Source: the human T2T-CHM13v2.0 reference genome, Homo sapiens. Taken from it: 64,000 nucleotides of DNA. A program made the translations under genes and the position numbers. The first letter of the stretch is position 1. Each line of letters begins with the position of its first letter. The DNA is taken from NCBI RefSeq assembly GCF_009914755.1, contig NC_060929.1; one strand, written 5' to 3'. The notes under the pieces were generated by a model that saw nothing but the letters and a program-made list of their open reading frames with translations, made no database searches and had not been told where the DNA came from. Shown here piece after piece: positions 1 through 12,319 of this stretch.

Positions 1-467
1 AAATAGCACCCTCTTCATAGAGGAGAGTGACATGGGGGAATGTAGGCAATTTTGAGGGGTATTAAATGATTTTTAGGAGAGTTTAATAGACTCAAAGAGC
101 AGACAATAGTTTATAAATGATTCTCTTTAGAAATTGAATGGTACTGAAGAACAGACAATAGCTTGTGACAAAGTCTGCCTAGGTATAGTGACATTCCTCT
201 GTCATCCTTTCTGCAATATGAGTTTAATCTTCCCTGGTTAGTAAGAGTTTAGGGAAGAGATCAAAGGCAATTATCTTCCTTCTGGAGGAGCCTCAGATAA
301 GTGAACTTTGCATACAGTTCTATTGCTTGCTTGGGGGTAGATATCAAGAGAAGGTCAAAAAGTCCTTGGCTCTGAGGATGCTTTTAAGGCCTTTTAATTC
401 TCTTTAATTCAAAGTGCTCAGCATTTCAAAATGCCATACTTTGCAGTATCTTTCATGAACTCCAACA
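1..467 (-). mobile_element. ERV1 (MER4-group) LTR, MER34/MER39-like, runs off window edge
   Basis: Reverse complement from 467 reads TGTTGGAGTTCATGAAAGATACTGCAAAGTATGGCATTTTGAAATGCTGAGCACTTTGAA, resembling the MER34/MER39 5' end and the related element at 3520. Confidence 0.6.
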
Positions 468-1795
468 ACATCCTCTTTGGTAAAGTGTCTAGTCAGATTC
501 TTCCCCTATTTTTTAATTTGTTTGTTTGTTTTCTTATTAAGTTTTAGAGTTGTTTGTATATTTTGGATAGAAATTCTTTAATAGATATGTGTTTTTGAAA
601 ATATTTCCTAACAGTCTGTGTTTTTCTTTTCATTTTTATAATAGTTTTTATCATAGAGTAGATGTTTTAAATTTTGACAAAGACCAACTTAATTTTTTTA
701 ATGGATCATGGTTTTGGTATGGTATATAAAGTCTTCATCAAACCCAAGGTCACCTAAATTTCTATATATCCTGTGTTTTCTTCTTGACGTTTTATAGTTT
801 GCATTTTACATTTAGATCCATTATTCATTTGGAGTTAACTTTTGTGAAAGGTCTAAAGTCTGTGTCTAGATTCTTTCTCCTTTTTGTTTGCATATAAATG
901 TCTCATTGTTTTCAGCACCATTTGTTGAATAGACTCTCCTTTCTTCATTGAATTACCCTTGATCTTTTGTCAAAGATCAGTTGATTGTACCTGCATAGGT
1001 CTATTCTTGGGCTTTCTATTCTATTCCATTCAGTGTACTCTCTTTCCAGTGCCATGCTGTCTTTCTTACTGTGGCTTTATAGTAGGTCTTGAAATGGGTA
1101 GTATGAGTCTTCCAACTTGGTTTTTCTTCAGCATTGCATTGTATTCTGGATCTTTTCCCTCTTCATTTAAAGTTTAGAGTAAGTGTATCTACAACTACAG
1201 AAGAGCTTATTGAGATTATGCTTGGGATTGCATTTAATCTATAGATCAAATTGGGAAGAACTAACATTTTAACAATATTGAGTCTTTCAATCCATGAACA
1301 TGGAATATCTGTCCATTAGAGCTTCCTTTGATTTCTTTCATCAGATTTTCTTTCCTGCACATGTATTCTGTACATTTCCATTAGATATACCTGATTATTT
1401 TACCTGTTATTGGGTGCTATTACAAACGGTATTTTAAAAAAAATTCCTATTGTTCATTGCTGGTATATAGAATAGCAATTGACTTTTGTACATTAACCTT
1501 CTATTCTGATACTTTGCTATACTCATTTATTAGATCCAGGAATTTTTTGGTTGATTCTTTGGACTATTTTCTTCATAATCATTTCATATAGGAATTAAGA
1601 TAGTTTTATTTCTTCCTTTCCAATCTGTTTTTCTTTTACTTCCCTTTCTTGTTTTACTTCCCTTTCTTATTGTACTAACTAGTACTTATAGTATAATGTT
1701 AGATCAGAATGATGAAGGCAGACATCCTTGCTTTATTTTCGACAATACTTGTAAAGGGTCCTTTTTATCATTATTAAGTATGATGTTAGTTATAG

Positions 1796-2937
1796 TGAAA
1801 CTGCCTTTACAAAATTCTGACATTAAGTGAATCTGACATAGTAGACTCCATCTTGCTTCTGACCTCCAAGCTGTCCTTGGCCATTCCCAAAGCTAGCTTT
1901 GGGAGGAATTTAGTTTATAGTTTGACTTTAAAACAAAGATGATAATAACTCTTCCCAAAATTAAACATGTTTGTAAAACTAATGAAAATCCACAAGGTTA
2001 GTTTCATGGGTGTCCGTGTGAAGAGACCACCAAACAGGCTTTGTGTGAACAATAAAGCTTTTAATCACCTGGGTGCAGGCCGGCTGAGTCCAAAAAGAGA
2101 GTCAGCGAAGGGAGATAGGGGTGGGGCCGTTTTATAAGATTTGGGCAGGTAAAGAAAAATTACAGCCAAAGAGGGTTTGTTCTCTGGCAGGCAGGAGTAG
2201 GGGTCGCAAGGTGCTCAGTGGGGGAGCTTTTTGAGCCAGGATGAGCCAGGAAGAGGACTTTCACAAGGTAATGTCATCACTTAAGGCAAGGACTGGCCAT
2301 TTTCACTTCTTTTTTGGTGGAATGTCATCAGTTAAGGTGGGGCAGGGCATATTCACTTCTTCTGTGATTCTTCAGTTACTTCAGGCCATCTGGGCGTATA
2401 CATGCAAGTCACAGGGGATGTGATGGCTTGGCTTGGGCTCAGAGGCCTGACAGTTAGGATTATGAGAAGGTCTTGAACTCTATCTACATAGTTTCTATGA
2501 CCCATTACGACTCAGGAGTCATGTGGCCAGAGGTCATAAGATTTGTGACTTCCCCAAATGCTCCTATAGATAACATCACTATTATAGAACCTGATTGGGT
2601 TTATCGAGATGTTTTTCAGACTGACTCCACCCAGACTTGTGGCTCATGACTCAACTGATCCTGTGGCCCCATACAGAGGAGACTTAGTGCATGAGGACCA
2701 TTTTCCACACCCCTACGATTTCATCCAAAATCAATCTGCAGCACCCATTTCCTACCCACCAAATTGTCCCTAAAACCCCTAACTTCTGAGCCTTTAGGAA
2801 GACTGATTTGAGTGATAACTCTAGTTCTCCTAGGTGGGCCAGCCTCATGTCTATTAAACCCTTTATTCCAATGCTGTAGTCTCAGTAAATTGATATTGTT
2901 TGTGCAGCAGCCAGGAAGAACCTGTTGGACAATTACC
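1796..2937 (+). mobile_element. LTR8-family solo LTR (ERV1) containing a nested LTR7
   Basis: Starts TGAAACTGCCTTTACAAAATT...GACTCCATCTTGCTTCTGACCTCCAAGCTGTCCTTG; 4-bp TSD ATAG at 1792-1795 and 2938-2941. Confidence 0.85.
2002..2452 (-). mobile_element. LTR7 (HERV-H) solo LTR, full length
   Basis: Reverse complement begins TGTCAGGCCTCTGAGCCCAAGCCAAGCCATC and ends TCTTCACACGGACACCCATGAAA; 5-bp TSD GTTAG at 1997-2001 and 2453-2457. Confidence 0.95.
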
Positions 2938-3519
2938 ATAGGTAATTGTTGATGTTCTTTATTAGGTTTAGGAAGTTTTTTTATATTCCTAATTTGCTGA
3001 GAGTTTTATTTTTAAATTTATTGTGAATGGGTGTTGAATTTTATCAAATGCTTTTTTGCATTAATTGATATGATAACACAAGTTTTCTTCTTTAGTGTAT
3101 TGATGTGGTGGATTACATTGATTAATCTTTGTTATGTTAACCAGCTCTACCTGAAATGTGTAAATTCTTTTTTATATTGTTGGATTCAATATGCTAATAT
3201 TTTGTTGAGGATTTTTGCATCTATGTTTATGAGAGATATTGGAGTGTAGTTCTTATTTCCTATGTTATCTCATTTTGGTATGCGGTAACGCTGGTCTTAA
3301 AAAATAAATTGGAATGTGTTCTCTTTGTTTCTATTTTTGGAAGGGATTGTGAAACATTGCCTTCCTTCAATGTTTGGTAGAAATCATTTGTGAAATCATT
3401 TGGGCCTCATGGTTTCAATTTTTAAAATAAATATAGGCCTACTAAGATTTTCTCTTCTCCTGGTATAAGTTTTGGTATTTTGTGTCTTTCAAGGAGTTTG
3501 TTCATTTTATTTATGTTAC

Positions 3520-4223
3520 TATTAGGAGTACCATAGTTTGGTGCTTTGGCACGCTGAGCACCTTGAATGAAAAGAAATTGGAAGACATTTGAAGCTGCCT
3601 CACAATCAATGTCTCTCTGACCTTCCCTTGTTTCTTTCCCAGTGCAGACAGGGCGTCTGTCTGAAATTCCCTTTATTTGACTAAGGAAAGTTCTTTCAAA
3701 ACAAACACAATGGCAATCAATCCCCTGTGTGAAATCTCATTAACCAGGGAAGATGAATCACAAAAGATGAAACTAAAGGTTATTGTCATGTCCACCTAGG
3801 CAGATGTTTTATCTATTCTTCTGAAGGCTGTTACCTGAGAGACTTTATCTGCATAGTTTGGCAATCTTTGTTTGTAGTGCAGTTCTACCCCTCACCTTTT
3901 CGTAACTGTCACCACCTCCCACACAGTCTGGAGGAACTTTGTCCCAGGCTGTTTTCTGTGCTACAGGCCCGTTCATCTCCCCTAAAAATCATTTACTCTT
4001 CCTTTCAAATTGTCTGCATTCCACACTTTCTTCCCCACTAAGAAGAGGATTTTTAAGCTTCAACCATCTAGCTGTTTCTTGAGTTTCATCTTTTGTGTGA
4101 TTCCTATGTACTTGCACATTAATAAATTTATTTGCCATTTCCTCTGTTAATTTGCCTTTTATTAGCATATCTTAGCAGACTCAGTTATCAAAACTTCAGA
4201 AAGAAAATTTAAACTTCCCCACA
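3520..4223 (+). mobile_element. ERV1 solo LTR, MER34/MER39-like
   Basis: TTTGGTGCTTTGGCACGCTGAGCACCTTGAA near the start, AATAAA at ~4121, ends CTTCCCCACA; 4-bp TSD TTAC at 3516-3519 and 4224-4227. Confidence 0.7.
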
Positions 4224-5349
4224 TTACCAAATTTTCAGACATAAAATTGTATGTATTATTTCTTTATTATCATTTTAATGTCCATGGCATGAGTAGGAAT
4301 GACCTGTCTTTCCTTACTGATATTTGTAATTTGTGCCTTTTTTCCCCCAAGTTACTCTGGCTAAAGGTTTATATCGACTTTATTAATCTTTTCAAAAATT
4401 AGCTTTTGTTTTTGTTAATTTTTTCTTGTTTTCTTCTTTTTCATTTAATAGATTTCTGTTCTAATTTTTATTATTTCTTTTCTTCTGCTTGCTTCAGACT
4501 TAAATTGCTCTTCTTTCTTTAGTTTTCTGAGGTGGAGGCTTAGGTTACTGTTCATAGATATTTCTTCTTTTCTAATATATGCTGCATTCAATAATATAAA
4601 TTGCCCTATAAGCACTGCTTTTACTTCTTCCCACACATTTTTATAAATTGTATTTTAATTTTCATTTTGTTCCAAATATTTAAAAATTTCTCTAAGACTT
4701 CATCTTTGACACATGTGTTGTCTAGAAGTGTTTCATTTAATTTGTAATATTCAGGAACTTTCTGGCTATCTTTTTGTTATATTTCCAGTTTAATTTCACT
4801 GTGGTCTGAGAATATAGTTGGTATAATTTGTATTCTTTGAAATTTGTTAAGGTGTGTTTTATGACTTACAATATAGCCTATCTTGGTAAATGTTCCACTC
4901 TTAATTTCTTTATCAAGGCACTCATTACACGTTGTTTTAATTATTTTATTAATAGTCTATATTTTCAGCTAGATTCTAAGCTTTATGTAAAGAAGGAGTT
5001 ATTCCCATTTTCTGTCCTATTCATCATTCTATCACCATTGCTTGGCACAGTTTCTGGCATATAGTGTTTGTCCAGTGAAGGTTAACAATACTTTATATCT
5101 GTACTCTCTTGCTTAGTCTTTCTTGTTCTTGGGTACATTTATTTATAAGACTAATTGAGATTTTGGTACTTTGTGGATCTCCTTTAAGGAGTTCAAAAGT
5201 ATGGCCTTAGTGCTTTCTTAGCACTCTAGTCTAAAACTCAGATTGTGCCCTTAGAATAGCTTTTCAGACTATTGACACTTAAGTTTCAGATATATTGACA
5301 AGAAAGTACTACCAGAGTCAGTTGATAATAGTGGCATATGGTTAGTCAG

Positions 5350-5635
5350 TACTATGTCTTGCATATGGTATGTCTGTTCCCATCGAAGCTCATGTTGAAT
5401 ATTGGGAAGTAAGCCCTAGTGAAAGGTATTTGGGTTCAGGGGTCAAGTCTCTCATGAATGGCTTGGTGTAACTCTCACAGTAATGAATGAGTTTTTGCTT
5501 TCTTGACTGTATTAGTTTTCATGGGAATGGGTAAATTCCCAAAAGCGCATTGTTATTAAGCCAGGATACCTCTCAAATTTGCTTCTCTTCACATGTGACT
5601 GCTTCTTCTTTGATCTCTGCCATGTTGTGATGCAT
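5350..5635 (+). mobile_element. MST-type MaLR LTR, 3'-truncated
   Basis: CTCATGTTGAA...GGTATTTGGGT...CTCATGAATGGCTTGGTG...GCCATGTTGTGATGCA. Confidence 0.7.
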
Positions 5636-6554
5636 GTGTGTTTCAAGTTTGTTTATGGTATCTCTGATGGTGCCCTAGAAGTGGAAGAAGGAAACTGGGG
5701 GGTCACTGTTAGAAAAGTATCCTCTCTTTCTGAGGCTGTAAGAAATGTGAATGATGAAGCAAAATAATTCAATGGAGGACCTGCAGCTGAAGGAAAGGAG
5801 AAAATGCTTTCTGGAGGAGATAGGTAACTACTATCATTTGAAGTTGCTGATAACTGAAAACTAATTTGGAACTGAGAATTAATGGAACTGAGTTCAATTC
5901 CTGCTGCTTCCACTTGTGTTAGCATCAGTAGCCACCACAGCCTCCCAATCCCTAGAAGAACAGAGCTTCTAAAAACATTTCCAAGTCATCAGGATTTCAT
6001 ATACCCTTGCTTTCATAAAGCCAATTAAGTAAGGTTATAATGATTATTATGATATGAACCTGTTTTACCATATTACTTGATATCCCATTTTTTTTCTTCT
6101 GTTGAAAACAAAGGTCAGTTCTTTCTCTTGTTTGATCTCTTGGAAAGGATTCCTTAACTTTTGTGGTCTCTGACCTATGCTGATATGCTTCATAGAAAAC
6201 CATTAGGGCTTAGATTATTTTTTATGTTGTTATTAAGTAATAGCTGAGATGAAAAGTGTTGATACAAAAGTGTTTCTGGAGAAAATTTCTCTTATATGAG
6301 GAATATAGTCTAATATTATTAAATAAGGAATATAATCTATCCAAATTTTATATTTTAGGAGTAAACAATTCAGAATACATGTATTCAGAATGTCTTACAT
6401 TTTCATTTATTTTGCCTCTTAAAACTAAAATTTGGAAAGAATATATCCTTATTGCATTTGGCATATAGCATGGACTCTATTACCTACAATTCAAAAGTGC
6501 TTTCTATTAAATGAAAACCCCATAGGAATAGTAATTCTGGTGTCCTGGGCAGTC

Positions 6555-6740
6555 ATAGCACTTGATAAAAGTTTTGTATTCATGGTTCTTGACCTCACCA
6601 CTTAGTTTTGTGACTCTGAGTGTGTTGCCTCAGGATTTTTTATGTTGTCAATTTCCTCATCTTAAAAAATGACATTATTATCTGCTCTGCCTTATAATCT
6701 TGGGTATGGAAAGGTATAATATATGTAAAAGCTTCTATGG
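6555..6740 (+). mobile_element. MIR SINE remnant
   Basis: Core-like CACTTAGTTTTGTGACTCTGAG...AATTTCCTCATCTTAAAAAATG...ATAATATATGTAAAAGC. Confidence 0.55.
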
Positions 6741-8034
6741 GAAGTTATTATCTTTCAGAGAAAATAAAAAGGGAAACATTCTTAATGATAGTCTATACAG
6801 GCCATGATTTGAATCACAGAACTTCCTGGTCCATGATAGTGTAAGATGGCATTTTAATATAAATTCTAGGCATTTTACAGCAAAGGATCCTGAGATGATT
6901 TCCACATTTTTATATTATTCTATTGAAATTGATTTTTGAAGGAAGTTCTATAAATTTTTTTCTCTGTGGTAGTATAAATTTTTATTAGATCTCATAAAAT
7001 TCTTTACTCTTTAGGCTTCAAAAACATTTTAGATAGAAAATATGGAGCATAGCATGCTGACTTGAAAAAAAGAAACGGGCATTTTTCATTTTCATTGTGT
7101 CAAGTGGGTGACCTTTTGAATCTGAACTAAAACAAATTGGCAATGACAGCTTCGAATTTTCACTGATTTCTCTTGAAAAACATTATTGCACTTTGTATCT
7201 TAGCAGAGGTACCTTTTTTAAAAAAAATAAAAATGAATTATTCATGAAAATCACTTCATCTCATAGTGCACCTGCTGAGAAGGTTTTGCCTTGCCTATTA
7301 AAGTGTATGCAAAAGTTGTGCAGTTAAACCTTCAATATCAAATCTCTTTTGCTTTGCTAATATCTTATAATGCATCATAGGAAGGGCAATGACAAACATG
7401 TATTCGTATTCGTAGAACATTAAAAAAATAATTAGTACTTGAAAAGGTCATAGAAAAGATCAGAGAAGACTTGCTGTAGCATTTAGCCAGAGATAGAAAG
7501 GGTGCGAGATACATCCTTTTCTTCTGATTGATGCTCTTCTCTATTGCATTTGTGTTCTCTTAGTATTACTTAGGATTAGTTCATAACTTCTACACCAAAG
7601 TTTTATAGCACTTGCACTGATGATAGCCTACTGCAACAATCCCAGAAGGTAGTATGCAACATTTTCTATTCATGAGATATCTGGCTCTAATGGATATCTC
7701 ATTAGTTGATCAAAAGGGTAGAAGTAGAATCTCATGGTCAGGAGTTTAAAAAGTGAGCATTTAATGTTGAGGACTTCAGCACTCTTAAAAGGCTTTTTAG
7801 TTTAAAGATCAAAACACTTTAAATGCAGGTGAAGTTTACTACTAAACATATTCCCACAAAAATAAGTTTTGTTTATAATAAATTTCTGTTTTGCAGTGGG
7901 TATAACATAGACTCAAACTTTACATATTTCTTTTACCTATGGGGACTGTGTAACAAATTAACTTCTCTGATGGCAGTCTACATAACAATTGTATTTGTAT
8001 GTATGGGTTTCTGTTTTATTTGCCTTATAGACTC

Positions 8035-8640
8035 TTTTATTCATTCTTCATTTAGTCATCTTAAATTATTTCTTCATCTATTCAGCAAATAAATTTTTGT
8101 GCTAGGTTCCAGTGATGTGGAGATGGAAGTAGGTCCCTGCTTTTTAGAAGCTCAAGATTAATGGAAAAGATAAACATGTAAATTTACAGTTATATTACAG
8201 TTGAGTAAGTGCCATGATTGATTAGTGCCCAAGGTGCGTTGGGAACTTAGAAGTGAACCATCTAACACCTTCACATGTTGGAGGAATGCCAGTAAAGACT
8301 CTCCAGAGAAAGTTTCACTTGAGGGTATCTTGAAATTTGAGAATGAGTTAGCTATGTAATAAGGAGGAATGTATTCTAAGGAGCGCTAACAAAGGAGGCA
8401 AAAGATAGCATACCACGTTCAGGAAATTGTACTTATGGGACAAGGAGGTGATGATGGAGGATATGATCAGGGGCCAGATTGTGTCGTATCTGGTACTCTT
8501 CGACTTATCCTTAAGGTAATGGTCAGCCATTGGATGACTTTAAAATGGCAGATAATGATAAGAATTATAATCTTAAAAGTTCATTCTAGAACAAGTGTGG
8601 GATTAGGTTGAAGGAGAAACTGGATATAAGGATATTGAAA
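8035..8640 (-). mobile_element. L2 LINE 3' remnant; continues after the MER52 at ~11815-11940
   Basis: ATTCATTC...CAAATAAATTTTTGTGCTAGG...CCCTGCTTTTAGAAGCTCA pattern typical of an antisense L2 3' end. Confidence 0.6.
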
Positions 8641-10060
8641 TGTCACGAGATCATTTGGGTGTCGCTTTGCCAGCCAGAAACCTCTGTGGCCAGCAGCATC
8701 TCTGTTGGAGTTTTGCTCACACCCACTGGGCTCATTTTGCCCATTTGGCCTGGCAGGCTGTACTTGGCTTGTGCTTGGCCGAGATAACACACCTGCCAAA
8801 GAGGAACCAGGTCAGAGCAGTGAGGGGTGTGTGAGCGAGAAAGTCCAGGGTCTGGCCACTGTGCATGCCATTTGCTGCAGTGGGATAGACAGCTCCAGGT
8901 GCTCCCACAGGCGCCAGCTCTGTGGGAGGCTGCTGCTGGACCAGACGTACCAAAAACGGCTTCTGCTATGGGCACAGTGTTTGGACAAGGGGAAAGTGGT
9001 GATGCCTGAAAGCTCAGAGATGCCAGGAACTGCAGAGCCCCCAAACGGGTGTTACAGCATGTCACAGCCCTGGCTCAGGGAAACCTAGGTTTGGGCTCCC
9101 AGAAGGGCTGCAGCTCTTCTCTCCTTCTTGTTGCCTGCAGTGTGGCGACTTGGGGGATGTGTTTCGCGGGCGCGTGTTTTAGCCCATTTGTTTTACAGCT
9201 CTTTCGGTCCCACTGCCCTGCTTCGGTCCATGGCTCCTGGGTTGGCCCAGCCCCGGAGCTGCTTCCTGTTGTGTGGGGGCTGCTGCTGGGCTCTGGCAGA
9301 GGGTAGGAAGACCATAGTGTTACAGCAGCTCTGGCTTCGGGAATCCTAAGGTCTGGGCCCCCAGAAGGATCACCACTCTTCACTCCCACTGTCCACCACT
9401 CACCAAGCCCACAGCTTGGTGAGCCAGCCACGAACATGTTACAGCCCCTTTAGCTCCCACCGTTCGGCAGGTCCTGAGTTCTTGTTTTCCTGCATCTAGG
9501 AAAAATGAAGTTATGTGGACAACTGGAGAGTGAGCAAGGCAGAGAGGAGCTTTATTGAGCAACAGAATAGCTCTCAGTGAAATGGCTAGCTCCTATTCAC
9601 AAGCAGGTCATCCTGGGAGTGTCTGAGTCTGGCTGAGTCCTGGATTTCTATGGGCTCAGAGTGGAAGAAGTGCATGCTTATTAGTCTATGGGCAGGAGGA
9701 AGTGTGTGCTGATTGGTGCATGGGTGCCCATCGGCAGGCCTGGAAAAAACACCACTTGATTGGCCAAAAGGCATCAAGGAAGTTCTCGCTCCCGGTTGTG
9801 GGCTCCACCCTAATGGGCAGCCTGGCACCCAGGCTTCAGGTGATCCCTGGCTTGAAAGTGGGGTTTCACCAAGTACCCTCCCCTTTCCACATGGGAACCT
9901 GTCTGCATTCCCCTGCCATTAACATGCCATTCACAGCACCCACACTGTCCCTTCTGAGGGGCGCCCACAGACCCACACCAAGCCACCCTGGCCTCCCCCC
10001 CACACTTGTCGGTGTTCAAAGTCCCCAGGGGGCTGAAGTGGCATGGTGTTGGTGTGTCAG

Positions 10061-11431
10061 TGAGAGGTGACAGCGTGCTGGCAGCCCTCCCCTGCTCCCG
10101 ACGTCTCCTCGGCCTCTGTGCCCACTCTGGCGGCGCTTGAGGAGCCCTTCAGCCCGCCGCTGCACTGTGGGAGCCCCTTTCTGGGCTGGCCGAGGCCGGA
10201 CCCGGCTCCCTCAGCTTGCGGGGAGGTGTGGAGGGAGAGGTGTGGGCAGGAACTGGGGCTGCGCGCCCTTGCGGGCAAGCACGAGTTCCGGGTGGGCGTG
10301 GGCTCCGCGGCCCCGCACTCGGAGCCGCCGGCCCGGACAGTGAGGGGCTCAGCACCCGGGCCAGCAGCTGCAGAGGGTGCGCTGGGTCCTCCAGCAGTGC
10401 CGGCCAGCCCACTGGCGCTGCTTCTCGCTGGGCCTCAGCTGCCTCCCTGCGGGGCAGGGCTGGGACCTGCAGCCTGCCATGCCTGAGCCTCCCCCGCGAC
10501 CCTGGGCTCCTGCACAGCGGCAGCCTCCCCGACTAGCAATGACCCCTGCTCTGCGCCACGGTCCGATCAACTGCCCAAGGGCTGAGGAGTACCAGCGCAC
10601 AAGGCACGGGACTGACAGGCAGCTCCACCTGCCGCCACCTGTGGGATCCACTGGGTGAAACCACCTGGGCTCCTGAGTCTAGTGGGGACTTGGAGAACTT
10701 TTATGTCTAGCTGGAGGATTATATATGCACCAACACCCTGTGCCTAGCTCTGGGTTTGTAAATGCACCAATCAGCACTCTGTATCTAGCTTATCTGCTGG
10801 GGACTTGGAGAACATTTATGTCTAGCTAAGGGATTGTAAATACACCAATCAGCACTCTGTATCTAGCTCAAGGTTTGTGAACACACCAATCAGCACCCTG
10901 TGTCTAGCTCAAGGTTTGTAAATGTACCAATCAGTAATCTGTGTCTAGCTAATCTAGTGGGGACTTGGAGAACTTTTGCGTCTATCTCAGGGATTGTAAA
11001 CGCACCAGGCACCCTGTCAAAACAGACCAATCAGCTCCTCTGTAAAATGGACCAATCAGCAGGATCTGGGTGGGGCCAGATGAGGGAATAAAATCAGGCT
11101 GCCCAAGTTAGCAATGGCAACTTGCTGGGGTCCCTTTTCACGCTGTGGAAGCTTTGTTCTTTTGCTCTTTGCACTAAATCTTACTGTTGCTCACTCTTCG
11201 GGTCCACACTGCTTTTATGAGCTGTAACACTCACCAGGAAGGTCTACAGCGTCACTCCTGAAGCCAGCGAGACCACGAACCCACCCGAAGGAAGAAACTC
11301 TGAACACATCTGAACATCAGAAGGAACAAACTCTGGACACGCCGCCTTTAAGAACTGTAAAACTCACCACGAGGGTCCCCGGCTTCATTCTTGAAGTCAG
11401 TGAGACCAAGAACCCACCAATTCCGGACACA
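10061..11431 (+). mobile_element. LTR12 (ERV9) solo LTR, LTR12C/D/E-like
   Basis: Starts TGAGAGGTGACAGCGTGCTGGCAGCCCTC, ends GAGACCAAGAACCCACCAATTCCGGACACA; 4-bp TSD TCAG at 10057-10060 and 11432-11435. Confidence 0.95.
10680..11100 (+). promoter_or_regulatory. LTR12 U3 tandem enhancer repeats with six CCAAT (NF-Y) boxes and an AATAAAA TATA-like element
   Basis: ACCAATCAG occurs at ~10766, 10844, 10885, 10926, 11026 and 11051 within TCTAGCT-containing repeats; GGAATAAAA at ~11085. Confidence 0.75.
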
Positions 11432-12319
11432 TCAGCACCACCCCAAGTGCACACACATCTGGCTGGGTAGCGACAGCACTCAGGCTTAGCCACAACTTTG
11501 CTCCACGCTGAAGTGGGTGCTGGGAACAGGGAAAGGCAAGGGAGTGGAGCAGACACTTCTGAGAGTGGGGGGTAGGGGGCTTCTCGGACCCCCAAGAGCA
11601 CAGAGATGCCGAGGTCCAGAGCCACCGCTGGGTGGCTGCAGTTGCACCCGGGAGCTTGGGCTGCCACCCCACTAACTTGGTAAGGCATGGGGTTCCTGCT
11701 GGTGTCACCTGTTCCTGCCCCCACTGGCTCCACGGAGTGTGTAGCCCCAGCTGTGCCTCTCCCACTGCAGCTGGTGTCCTCACAGCAGCCTCTTGAGACA
11801 GGCTGCCACCATCATCCATAATAGTAATCAAAGTAGGGTATGGTAGCTGCCTAAATTATATCAACATTATTTAGGGTAATGAGGAAGTAGCAGCTTCAAA
11901 ATTTATTTGAAAGCAGAATTAACAGAGCATGGTAGCCAGTTCTGTGAAATAAAAAAGTGCTGGCAATGTAGACAATAGTTTCATTCAAGATCACATCTAC
12001 AGAAGGAGGAATAGACAATTGCTGAGCCATGCCAAATTTTGGTCAAGCAGTTGTGTGATACTATAAAGTACAACCCATCAGCAAATTACAAAACTAAAAA
12101 AACCACTATACTTTGAGTCCTGGGTTTGATTCCTAGTTCCTGAAAAAGCTGAATGCATAAAATTGTAGGCCATTTAAATGCTCTGAGCCTCAATTTACCT
12201 TCAGCTGCAAAAAAATGGGATGTTATGCTACATGATCTCTAGAAATATTTCAACATTGGAATTTTGATTGCAAAAAACTTCCATATTAGCATTCTCAAAT
12301 ACTTCTTTGCATTTGTTAA

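Larger units (their letters stand above)
468..4900 (-). mobile_element. Old L1M LINE (ORF2 region), antisense, interrupted by LTR insertions
   Basis: T-rich antisense L1 motifs, e.g. CAGCACCATTTGTTGAATAGACT, GGGATTGCATTTAATCTATAGATCAAATTGGGAAG, TCCATGAACATGGAATATCT, TTGTTGAGGATTTTTGCATCTATGTT; sequence resumes across each LTR insertion. Confidence 0.85.
8641..11814 (-). mobile_element. MER52-family long GC-rich solo LTR (ERV1), split by LTR12
   Basis: TGTCACGAGATCATTTGGGTGTCGCTTTGCCAGCCAGAAACCTCTGTGGCC at the left end, minus-strand polyA signal (TTTATT ~9551), right end GGCTGCCACCATCA; TSD not recognised. Confidence 0.8.

Noticed and set aside
10680-11060. Regularly spaced repeats resembling a CRISPR-like array
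   Set aside because: These are the known U3 tandem repeats of LTR12; no unique spacers, no cas genes, primate DNA
8581-11831. Dense cluster of overlapping 60-144 aa ORFs on both strands
   Set aside because: All lie in GC-rich MER52/LTR12 LTR sequence where stop codons are rare; no recognisable protein
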